From: Candidatus Latescibacterota bacterium
Lineage (GTDB): Bacteria > Latescibacterota > UBA2968 > UBA8231
Reading direction: 5' to 3'
Length of the DNA: 64,000 nt
Assembly (NCBI GenBank): GCA_965243025.1
Contig: CBDETY010000003.1
Location: forward strand, 2,176,001 to 2,240,000
Position 1 is the first letter of the stretch; every line of letters starts with the position of its first letter. The notes beneath the pieces are model-generated. The model had not been told where the DNA came from, did not search any database, and was given only the letters and a program-made list of their open reading frames with translations. Shown here one piece after another: positions 18,106 to 26,394 of the stretch. Both the position numbers and the translations under genes were made by a program.

Positions 18106-19869
18106 TTGAACATGACAAAAGAAAAGGGATCTATCCGCTTCGAGCCGGAGGAGCACCCTCCCCACTCCGTCGCCCTGGGGGCTGGTTTTCAGGCGGCGGT
18201 CGTGGTCCTGGCGCCCGTGGTGCTCAGCGCCGTGATCATTGCCCGGGCGGCCGGCCAGCCCGCCGGCTACCTGACCTGGGTCGCCTTCGCCGCCCTGCTG
18301 ATCAGCGGCGTGACCACTGTGCTGCAGGCGGTCCGGGTCGGGCGCATCGGGGCCGGGCACGTGCTCATCATGGGGACCTCGGGGGCCTTCATCGCCGTCT
18401 GCATCACGGCGCTGGTGAAGGGGGGACCCTCCCTGATGGCGAGCCTTATCGTCGTTTCGGCGCTGTTTCAGTTCCTCCTGGCGGCGCGGCTGTCGCTGGT
18501 CCGCCGTATCATCACGCCGGTCGTCTCCGGCACGGTGATCATGCTGATCGCCGTCACCGTCATGCCGGTCGTGTTCGATCTGCTCGCGCAGGTACCCGAG
18601 GGCACGCCTTCCTCTGCAGCTCCGGCCGCGGCCGCCGCCACCCTCGCCGCCCTCGCGGCCCTGGCGTTGCGCGCCCCCGTGGCCTGGAGGCTCTGGGCCC
18701 CGCTCATCGCCATCGCCGTCGGCTGCGCCGTCTCGGCCCTTTTCGGCCTCTACGACATTCAACCGGTATTCGAAGCCCCCTGGATCGGTCTTCCCCAATA
18801 CTCATGGCCGGGCCTGGACCTGTCGTTCAGCCCTGAGTTCTGGGCGCTGCTGCCGGCCTTCGTGGTCGTCACCCTGGTGGGTGCGATCGAGACCATCGGC
18901 GACGGCGTCGCCATTCAACGGGTCTCGCGGAGCCGTCCGCGGGCTACCGATTTCCGCCTCGTCCAGGGCGCCCTCAACGCCGACGGGGTGGGCAACCTGC
19001 TCTCCGGCCTCATCGGGACGCCCCCGAACACGACCTACTCGACCAGCATATCCCTCGCCGAGCTGACAGGGGTCGCGGCGCGCCGCGTCGGCGTGTACAT
19101 CGGCGTCATCTTCGTGCTTCTTGCCCTGTCGCCGAAGGTGACCGCCCTGATCATCGCCATTCCCAACCCGGTCGGCGCCGCCTATGTAACCCTGCTTATC
19201 GGCATCCTGTTCGTTCAGGGCATGAAGATCGTCGTCGGAGACGGCCTCGATCACCGCAAGGCGGCGGTGGTCGGCCTGTCGTTCTGGATCGGCGTCGGCT
19301 TCCAGAACCAGGTGATCTTCGCCGACCTGCTCGGCGGGACCTGGGGAACCCTGCTGGGAAACGGCATGACCGCCGGGGGTATGGCGGCGATCGCTCTTAC
19401 CGTCTTCATGGAGCTGACCGCTCCCCGAAGCAGGCGGCTGAAGGTCGACCTGGCCGGCTCGGCGCTGCGGGAGATCGACGCCTTCCTGCACGCCTTCGCC
19501 GCCGGGGCCGGCTGGAAGCAGCGGTCCGGGGAGCGGCTGCGTTCCGCCGGAGAGGAAACCCTGGCGGTCCTGCTGCAGCAGTTCGAGGAGGAAGGGGCCG
19601 AACCCCAGGAGGGAAGCCTGGTCGTCACCGCCCGCCTTTCGGAGAAGGGAGTGGAGCTCGATTTCCTGGCCGCCTCGGGGGTCGAGAACCTCGAGGACCG
19701 GCTCGCCTGCTTGAGCGAGCAGCCAGAGCTGGTCGACGAGCACGAGATCTCCTACCGCCTGCTGCGCCACTACGCCTCCTCGGTGCGGCACCAGAAATAC
19801 CACGACGTCGACATCGTCTCGGTGCTGGTCGAGGAGGCGGCGGAGTCCGCCCCGGATCAGGGCGAATAA
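18106..19869 (+). CDS. Xanthine/uracil/ascorbate permease (NCS2) with a ~150-aa soluble C-terminal extension
   Basis: Multi-TM protein with MGTSGAFI, ETIGD, ADGVGNLLSG and PNTTYSTSI (NCS2 signature region) plus PNPVGAA; hydrophilic tail after ~19420. Start may be ATG at 18112. Confidence 0.85.
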   Translation: MNMTKEKGSIRFEPEEHPPHSVALGAGFQAAVVVLAPVVLSAVIIARAAGQPAGYLTWVAFAALLISGVTTVLQAVRVGRIGAGHVLIMGTSGAFIAVCITALVKGGPSLMASLIVVSALFQFLLAARLSLVRRIITPVVSGTVIMLIAVTVMPVVFDLLAQVPEGTPSSAAPAAAAATLAALAALALRAPVAWRLWAPLIAIAVGCAVSALFGLYDIQPVFEAPWIGLPQYSWPGLDLSFSPEFWALLPAFVVVTLVGAIETIGDGVAIQRVSRSRPRATDFRLVQGALNADGVGNLLSGLIGTPPNTTYSTSISLAELTGVAARRVGVYIGVIFVLLALSPKVTALIIAIPNPVGAAYVTLLIGILFVQGMKIVVGDGLDHRKAAVVGLSFWIGVGFQNQVIFADLLGGTWGTLLGNGMTAGGMAAIALTVFMELTAPRSRRLKVDLAGSALREIDAFLHAFAAGAGWKQRSGERLRSAGEETLAVLLQQFEEEGAEPQEGSLVVTARLSEKGVELDFLAASGVENLEDRLACLSEQPELVDEHEISYRLLRHYASSVRHQKYHDVDIVSVLVEEAAESAPDQGE

Positions 19870-20051
19870 GGGGAGTGGGCCACAGGCCCCGGATCTGCCC
19901 GAGGGGAGTGCCGGTCTGCCTGAGTGCCTGCCCGATACAGGCAGGTTCCACGCCTCCGCTCTTCTCGTCGGTTGCAAGCCGGGGCCGGACGCCTTGGGCA
20001 TGCGGGTCCTGACCCCGGCCGGAGACTGCCGCAAGCGGAGGCCGCGAACCG

Positions 20052-21251
20052 CTACGGACGGGACAGCCTGTGGGTCTGGTACGGGTTGCTGCAGGGCGGA
20101 CCGTCGGCGACCTCGAGAGTGCCCGCCGATACGTCAATGACCACCGAGGCCAGGGTTTCCAGGACGAGCTCGTCCGGCTGGTCCTCCCGGTGCCGGCAGA
20201 TCGACTCCGGCCGGTTCTCATGGTCCCGGAGGATGGCCTTCAGACGCCCGCCGTCCGCCTCCCCTTCCCCGATCAGCTCTCCGGCCCGCCGGGCGCGGTC
20301 GCAGAACCCCGGATACAGCACCGCAAGGCGGTCCTCCAGGCCCCGCTCCCGAGGAGGGCCGCTTTCACTGGAATCGGCAAAGACGTTGCAGTGGGACGCC
20401 CGCCCTCCGGGAGACGCGGCGACCACGGCGACGTCGGCGGGGCTCACCTCGAGCGAGGCGACCTTCCCCTCCCCCGAGCCCGGGACGCCGCGCTGCGCCA
20501 TGGTGAAGTTGACCGAGGCTACCCGTTCTGCCGGCTCCAGGGCGCGGCGCGCCTCGTCGATGGTGGAGCAGTTGAGCGCGGCGCGCGCCAGCACCCAGAC
20601 CGGCACGGCCGCCTCGAAGCGGTCGAGCTGCGATCCCATGGCGTTGGCGCACAGGGCGAGGCCCTCGGAGTTGATCCCCTTGTGGCCGACGAACCCCGCC
20701 TCGACGTGGGTGAGGATGTCGGGGCGGTCTTCCTGCCGCACCTCGAGCAGGATGCTGACCTCCCCTACCGGCACGGCCCAGTCCCAGTTCTGCCCGACCA
20801 GGGTGTGGCCGCTGCCGCCGGCCCGGGCGATTCCGAGGGAGGTGCATTCCCCGCTTCCCGCCGGCGCTCCGGCGAACACCGTCGACAGCATGATCTCGTA
20901 GCGGCCGTTGACGATCAGCACGTCGTCGACCGCGAGTCCGGAGCCGGCCGCGATCCCCTCGATCTCGGTCAGTATCTCCGCGTCGAAGTCGCCGATCCTG
21001 CCGGCGAACCCGGAGATGACCTCGATCAGCTCCCCCCGGGAGCGGCCGCTCCCCTTCTCCCACATGTCGACGTAGAACTCGACCCCCTTGCGGATGAGAG
21101 CGCCGGCCCGCTCGCCGTACTGGCGGCCGCGTTCGAAGGGGCCGCCGCTGACGGTCACTTTGCGCGGCATCGGTCTACTCCCGTCGACAGGACTTGGCCG
21201 GCGAACTTCATCATGCCGCAGTTCCGCTGTCGCGGCCGGGTCTCCCTGCAT
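20052..21251 (-). CDS. Peptidase C45 / acyl-CoA:6-APA acyltransferase-like Ntn hydrolase
   Basis: ERGRQYG, EIEGIAAG, NGRYE, ECTS (autocleavage Cys), GQNWDW, GINSEGL and SICRH. Start may be at 21170. Confidence 0.85.
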   Translation of the reverse strand: MQGDPAATAELRHDEVRRPSPVDGSRPMPRKVTVSGGPFERGRQYGERAGALIRKGVEFYVDMWEKGSGRSRGELIEVISGFAGRIGDFDAEILTEIEGIAAGSGLAVDDVLIVNGRYEIMLSTVFAGAPAGSGECTSLGIARAGGSGHTLVGQNWDWAVPVGEVSILLEVRQEDRPDILTHVEAGFVGHKGINSEGLALCANAMGSQLDRFEAAVPVWVLARAALNCSTIDEARRALEPAERVASVNFTMAQRGVPGSGEGKVASLEVSPADVAVVAASPGGRASHCNVFADSSESGPPRERGLEDRLAVLYPGFCDRARRAGELIGEGEADGGRLKAILRDHENRPESICRHREDQPDELVLETLASVVIDVSAGTLEVADGPPCSNPYQTHRLSRP

Positions 21252-21270
21252 GGCAGAAAGGCCGGCACCA

Positions 21271-21681
21271 TCACTCCTCCATCACCGTCTGCCTGTCGGC
21301 GGAGGAAAAGGCGATGAACAGGACCGCCTCCTCGGTCTCGGACAGGTTGCGGGCCTTGTGCGGCACCCCTTCGGGAATGGTCACGGTGTCCCCGGGGCCG
21401 AGCTCGGCGGTCTCACCCGCGTCCAGGGTGTGGGAGATTCCGCCCGAAACGACGACGAGCACTTCCGAGCAGTTGGGGTGGTAGTGACGGGGGTTGGCCT
21501 GTCCCGGTTTCAACCGCGCCGTGCCCAGGGTCATCTCCCCGGAATTGCCAAGCGCGCCGCTGGCGTGCCAGCGCAGCTCCCCCCAGTCGAGATCGACCAC
21601 CTCGCACTCGTTCGTTCGCAACACCGAAATCCCCGCCTGTTCCATGACAGTCTCCTTTGCTTCAGCCCGTTGTTGCCGCAA
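21271..21681 (-). CDS. Cupin-domain protein
   Basis: Cupin motifs HYHPNCSEVLVVVSG and GPGDTVTIPEGVPHKARN. Start may be at 21645. Confidence 0.85.
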   Translation of the reverse strand: MRQQRAEAKETVMEQAGISVLRTNECEVVDLDWGELRWHASGALGNSGEMTLGTARLKPGQANPRHYHPNCSEVLVVVSGGISHTLDAGETAELGPGDTVTIPEGVPHKARNLSETEEAVLFIAFSSADRQTVMEE

Positions 21682-21811
21682 CTCTTCGGGCGAGGCCCGG
21701 ACACGGCGGCGGAAGACAAGGGGCGCCGGCCGCCAGTGCCGGTCCTGCCCGGATGGGATTCTTCAACCGCTGTCGGGTCTGCTTTCCGCCGACTGGCGGC
21801 AGGCGTAGTAT

Positions 21812-23908
21812 ATGGCGGCTCCGAAACCGACACCAAGCACACCTCTTCATTTTCATATGGTAAAGCTGCACACCGCGCAGGACCTGTCGCGGCTGCGCCG
21901 GCGCGCCTCCCAACCGGCCTTCGCGGCCGCGGCCGCCGCGCTGCGCCGGCGGACCGGCGACTTCCTCGTCACCGACCTCGCCGTTCCCGGGCGCTCCGCC
22001 GGCTTCTATCACGACTACTTCTGCCCCGAGCACGCCGTCGAGCTCGCCTTCGACCCGGCCTCCCCCACCGCGCACCGCTGCCCCAGCGACGGCCATCTTT
22101 TCTCGGGGGAACCGTTCGACTCGGCCTGGCTGTGGTTCGTCAACAACCGCCTGTCGACGATGGCCCTCTCCCTGGCCCTGCGCTGGCGCATCGACGGCGA
22201 GCCCGCCCACCTGCTCCGGGCGGGTGAAATCCTGACCGGATACGCATCCCGCTACGGCAGCTACCGTCCCCTGAAGCCCCGGGAGTTCGGAAACGGCAAG
22301 GCGACCTTCCAGTCCCTCGACGAGGCGGTCTGGCTGATCCCCCTGGCGAGGGCCTACGACCTGGTCCGGGACGGCCTGTCGGAAAACGAGCGGGGCGAGG
22401 TCGAGGAACGGCTCCTCATGCCGGCGGCCGAGCACATCCTCAGCCAGAAGTACAACCGGATCCACAACATCGAGAACTGGCACAACACCGCCATAGCCGC
22501 GGTCGGGCTGCTGCTGGGCGAGGAGCGCTTCGTGCGCATCGCCATCGAGGAGGAGAACGGCTTCCACCACCAGCTCGCCGAAGGGGTGCGGGACGACGGG
22601 CTCTGGTGGGAGGGTTCATCGGGGTACCACTTCTACGCCCTGACCCCGATGATCGCCCTGGCCCAGTTCTGCTCCGGCGGCGGCCTCGAGCTGTGGCGGC
22701 ACGAGCGCTTCGAAAGGATGTTCCGCGCCCCCGTCGACCTTCTGCTCCCCGGTCTCAGGCTGCCGGCAAACAACGACTGCTGGTTCTTCTGCAGCCTCGC
22801 CGCCGACGTCTGTCACGGCGTTCCGCCGGCGGCGTCCTTCTACGAGATCGCCCATTCCTGGTACGGCGACCCCGCCTTCGCCTGGGTGCTGGCGCAGAAC
22901 TACCGGCACAGCGCACGCGATTCCCTCGAGGCCCTGCTCTACGGCCGCGACGAGGTGGCCGCCGCCCCGGCGCCGGACCTGCGCAGCGTCAACCTCGAGC
23001 CGACCGGATGCGCCCTGCTGAGGTCTCCGGGGCCGCTGGAGAAACAGGACTGCCTGCTGCTCAAGTACGGCCCCCACGGGGGCGGGCACGGCCACCCGGA
23101 CAAGCTGGGCGCCTTCGCCTTCGCCAGGGGCAGTGACCTGTCGGCCGACCTCGGCACCCCGGGGTACGGAATCGAGCTGAACGACACCTGGTTCCGTCAG
23201 ACGCTCAGCCACAACACCGTGCTCGTCGACGGCTGCTCCCAACCTCCGGCCGAAGGCAGGCTGGTCCGTTTCGAGAGCGGGGAACGGGCCTTCGAGGTCG
23301 CCGACGCCGAGGTCGAATTCGGCGAGCCTCCCTGGGAAGGGGTGTCGCTGCGCCGGGTCATTCTGTGGATGCCGGGGTACTACCTCGATTTCACCCGGGT
23401 GCGGTGCGGCCGCGAAAGACAGGTCGACCTCCCCTGCCGCATGCGGGGGGGCGCCTTCGAGGCCCGCGGCCTCGAGCCCTGTCCGAACCCCCCGCGGCTG
23501 CAGGGTGCCGGCTACGAGCACGTCGGCGAGGCGCAACGGTTCGCCGCCCCGGGCATGGCGGAGCTGCGCTGGCAGCAGAAGGCCGGCTCCACCGCCCTCC
23601 ACCTTCCCGGCTGCGGGGGCACAGAGATCATACTCGGTGAAGTTCCCGGCAATCCCGCGGCCGACCGCAGCGCCATCGTCATCCAGCGGCGGCATGCCCG
23701 GGAGACGGCGTTCCTTTCGGTGGTCGAGCTCTCCTGCAATGAGCCGCTGGAGGTCTCCCACTGGCCGGGTGGGGCGGATGGTTTCCGGGGGGTGGTGGTG
23801 AAACAGGGGGCCCGGCAGAAGGCCTGGGCGGTCTGCGAGCCGGGGTGCGAGCCTGCCCCGCTTCCGCCGGGGGCCGCCGGCGCCGAAATCGAACGCTACC
23901 GGCTGTAG
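21812..23908 (+). CDS. Heparinase II/III-like / oligo-alginate lyase-like polysaccharide lyase
   Basis: IHNIENW, DGLWWEGSSGYHFY, GGGHGHPDKL, DLGTPGYG and QTLSHNTVLVDG; no obvious signal peptide. Confidence 0.82.
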   Translation: MAAPKPTPSTPLHFHMVKLHTAQDLSRLRRRASQPAFAAAAAALRRRTGDFLVTDLAVPGRSAGFYHDYFCPEHAVELAFDPASPTAHRCPSDGHLFSGEPFDSAWLWFVNNRLSTMALSLALRWRIDGEPAHLLRAGEILTGYASRYGSYRPLKPREFGNGKATFQSLDEAVWLIPLARAYDLVRDGLSENERGEVEERLLMPAAEHILSQKYNRIHNIENWHNTAIAAVGLLLGEERFVRIAIEEENGFHHQLAEGVRDDGLWWEGSSGYHFYALTPMIALAQFCSGGGLELWRHERFERMFRAPVDLLLPGLRLPANNDCWFFCSLAADVCHGVPPAASFYEIAHSWYGDPAFAWVLAQNYRHSARDSLEALLYGRDEVAAAPAPDLRSVNLEPTGCALLRSPGPLEKQDCLLLKYGPHGGGHGHPDKLGAFAFARGSDLSADLGTPGYGIELNDTWFRQTLSHNTVLVDGCSQPPAEGRLVRFESGERAFEVADAEVEFGEPPWEGVSLRRVILWMPGYYLDFTRVRCGRERQVDLPCRMRGGAFEARGLEPCPNPPRLQGAGYEHVGEAQRFAAPGMAELRWQQKAGSTALHLPGCGGTEIILGEVPGNPAADRSAIVIQRRHARETAFLSVVELSCNEPLEVSHWPGGADGFRGVVVKQGARQKAWAVCEPGCEPAPLPPGAAGAEIERYRL

Positions 23909-23946
23909 CCGCAAAGGGCCTGTTCACGGCTGAGGGAGGCCGCAAA

Positions 23947-25014
23947 ATGAGAGCATTCTTTTTCTGGGAAGACGGACGCGGCATCGCCATCCGGGGGCGC
24001 AGCAACCCGTACGCCGGGCTGCTGGGACGCGCCCTCGGGAAGCGCGGCATCCACCTCGACGAGGGGCTCTACCGGTTCGAGCGGGAGTGGCTCGAGAAGG
24101 GCCGCGAGGACCACGAGGTCCTGCACCTGCACTGGCTGCACGGCTTCTACCGCACCGACGACCTGCCGACGACGGTCGAGAAATGCAACCGCTTCTGCGA
24201 CACTCTCCGCTACGCCAAGGCGGCCCTCGGGTACCGCATCGTCTGGACGATGCACAACTTCTACCCTCACGAGCGCCCCTTCCCCGAGGTCGACCACCTA
24301 GCGCGGCTGTTCGTCGCCCGCGAGGCGGACGCCGTCATCGCCCACTGCCGCTACGCCGCCGGGCTCTGCCGGAAGCAGTTCCATTTCGAAGGGGAAGTGA
24401 ACGTCATCCCGCACGGCAACTTCATCGACGTCTTCCCGAACGAGGTCACCCGCGCCGAGGCCCGGGAGCGGCTCGGCATTTCCCGGGAGTCCTTCGTCTA
24501 CCTGTTCTTCGGCAACGCGCGCACCTACAAGGGGGTCGACGCGCTGATCGGGGCCTTCCGCGAGATCGACCCGGAAGACGCCGAGCTGTTGCTGATGATG
24601 CGCGCCTCCTTCAACCCGCAGTACGCGCAGCAGCTGCGAGACCTCGCCGCCGGGGACGCGCGCGTGCGCGTGCACACCTCCGACTTCTTCCCGGAGGAGG
24701 ACTTCCAGGTCTACCTCAACAGCGCCGACGTCGTGGTCATTCCGTTCTCGGAGGTGCTGACATCCGGATCGACCATCGCGGCGCTGGGGTTCGGCAAGCC
24801 GGTGGTGCTGCCGGCCCGCGGCTGCCTGCCGGAGCTGATCGACGACTCGATGGGAATCCTCTTCGACCCGGACAGGGAAGGAGCTCTGCAGGGGGCGATG
24901 CGGGAGATCCGGGGGCGCGACATCGAGGCGGCCGGGCGCGCCGCCCGCGCCTGCGCCGAAAGCCTCGACTGGGAGGAGATCGCCGACCGGCACGCGAGCC
25001 TGTACAGGGGGTAG
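23947..25014 (+). CDS. Glycosyltransferase family 4
   Basis: NPY, LHLHW, VWTMHN, IPHGN, FGNARTYKG, ADVVVIP and FGKPVV; ATG at 23947 follows GGAGG. Confidence 0.88.
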   Translation: MRAFFFWEDGRGIAIRGRSNPYAGLLGRALGKRGIHLDEGLYRFEREWLEKGREDHEVLHLHWLHGFYRTDDLPTTVEKCNRFCDTLRYAKAALGYRIVWTMHNFYPHERPFPEVDHLARLFVAREADAVIAHCRYAAGLCRKQFHFEGEVNVIPHGNFIDVFPNEVTRAEARERLGISRESFVYLFFGNARTYKGVDALIGAFREIDPEDAELLLMMRASFNPQYAQQLRDLAAGDARVRVHTSDFFPEEDFQVYLNSADVVVIPFSEVLTSGSTIAALGFGKPVVLPARGCLPELIDDSMGILFDPDREGALQGAMREIRGRDIEAAGRAARACAESLDWEEIADRHASLYRG

Positions 25015-25154
25015 CGGCGAAGCGGGTCGGCCCCCCCGGAATTGCCTCCCCGCCGTCGAGGCAGAGGCCGCCCGGCGGTTTCCCTGCAAGGCAAAGCCAA
25101 TCGCCGGAAAACGGACTGCCCTGCCGATTTCAGCTTACCGGAAAGGAGAATCGA

Positions 25155-26279
25155 GTGGACATCTACGAAGAGCTGGGAGTGCGCACCCTGATCAACGCCG
25201 CCGGCGCCATGTCGCGCTACGGGGGATCCCTGGTGGATCCCGGGGTGTACGACGCAATGCGCGAGGCGGGCGGGAAGTTCTGCATGCTCGACGAGCTGCA
25301 CCAAAAAGTCGGGGAGCGCATCGCCGGCCTGCTCGAGGTCGAGGCGGCGTACGTGACCGCGAGCGCCGCTTCCGGCCTGGTGCTGACCACCGCGGCCTGC
25401 ATGGCCGGCACCGATCCGGAGCGCATCGCGCGGCTGCCCGACAGCAGCGGCATGAGATCGGAAGTCGTCATCCAGCGGCTGCACCGCATCGGCTACGACC
25501 AGGCGATCCGCCTGGCGGGGGCGACCCTGGTGGTCGTCGAGGACGACGGGGAGCCTCCGCTCGCGGCGATGCGGGAGGCAGTGGGCGACGACACCGCGGC
25601 GATCTTCTGCATGGCCCACAGGCTCGAGGAGCCCGGGTCCCTGCGGATCGAGGATTACGTCGCCCTTTCGAGGGAGTCGGGAGTGCCGCTGGTCGTCGAC
25701 GCCGCCTCCGAGTGCCCTCCGTTGTCGACGCTGACGCGGTTCTCACGGGAGGGGGCGGACCTGGTGATCTTCAGCGGCGGCAAGAGCCTGCTGGGCCCGC
25801 AGTCGACCGGGCTGGTGGTCGGCCGGGGCGGCCTGATCGCCGCCTGCGCCGCCAACGGCAACCCGTTCGCGACGGTCGGCCGCCCGATGAAGGTGAGCAG
25901 CGAGGAGGTGATCGGTTTCCTCAAGGCGCTGGAGAGCTACCTCGCCCGCGACCACGAGGCCGACCGGGCGCGCTGGCAGGCGCAGGTCCGGCGCGTGGAG
26001 GAGGAATTGGCCGGACTTCCCGGGATCGAGCTGCAGCACCTGGTCAAGTGCCGGACCTACGACGTCCCCCTGCTCGGGGTGCGGCCCTTGCCCGGGGCGG
26101 GGTTCACCCGGGACGACATCTTCGCCGCCCTGGAGGCGGGGGAGCCGAAGGTCATGGTCTCGGAGGGGTACGCCGACGACCACGTCGTCATCAACCCGCA
26201 CATGCTGGAACCGGGCCAGGAGGAGGTCGTCGCGTCCCGCTGCGCCGAGGTGATCCGGCAGCTGGGACAGCAGGGGTAG
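25155..26279 (+). CDS. SelA-like PLP-dependent enzyme (DgaE/D-glucosaminate-6-phosphate ammonia-lyase-like)
   Basis: GTG start after AGGAG; LINAAG, VDAASE, FSGGKSLLGPQSTG (PLP Lys) and GRPMKV; shorter than true SelA. Confidence 0.82.
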   Translation: MDIYEELGVRTLINAAGAMSRYGGSLVDPGVYDAMREAGGKFCMLDELHQKVGERIAGLLEVEAAYVTASAASGLVLTTAACMAGTDPERIARLPDSSGMRSEVVIQRLHRIGYDQAIRLAGATLVVVEDDGEPPLAAMREAVGDDTAAIFCMAHRLEEPGSLRIEDYVALSRESGVPLVVDAASECPPLSTLTRFSREGADLVIFSGGKSLLGPQSTGLVVGRGGLIAACAANGNPFATVGRPMKVSSEEVIGFLKALESYLARDHEADRARWQAQVRRVEEELAGLPGIELQHLVKCRTYDVPLLGVRPLPGAGFTRDDIFAALEAGEPKVMVSEGYADDHVVINPHMLEPGQEEVVASRCAEVIRQLGQQG

Positions 26280-26394
26280 TCGGGGGGCCGAACTTCACTG
26301 CGGCAATCTCGAGGCGGCTCTACCTCAGGGAGCAAGGCGATCCTGAGGCCAGTCGGTGCAGGAATAAAGTGCGGATCGCCGCGGCCGGATGTCG

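Noticed and set aside
20052-21251. C45 enzyme as evidence of beta-lactam biosynthesis
   Set aside because: No ACV synthetase or IPNS nearby; the family is widespread without that role.
25015-25154. GCAAAGCC-containing leader as a c-di-GMP-I riboswitch
   Set aside because: The GGCAAACC...GAAA...GGGACGCAAA arrangement is missing.
24087-25154. N-terminal extensions on track ORFs (e.g. 24087, 35640, 38668, 49686, 52241, 54376 starts)
   Set aside because: They overlap neighbouring real genes in another frame; true starts were placed at RBS or stop-start overlap positions.
25155-26279. Calling the PLP enzyme selA
   Set aside because: It is shorter than true SelA and there is no selB, selC or selD nearby; the DgaE-like subfamily fits better.
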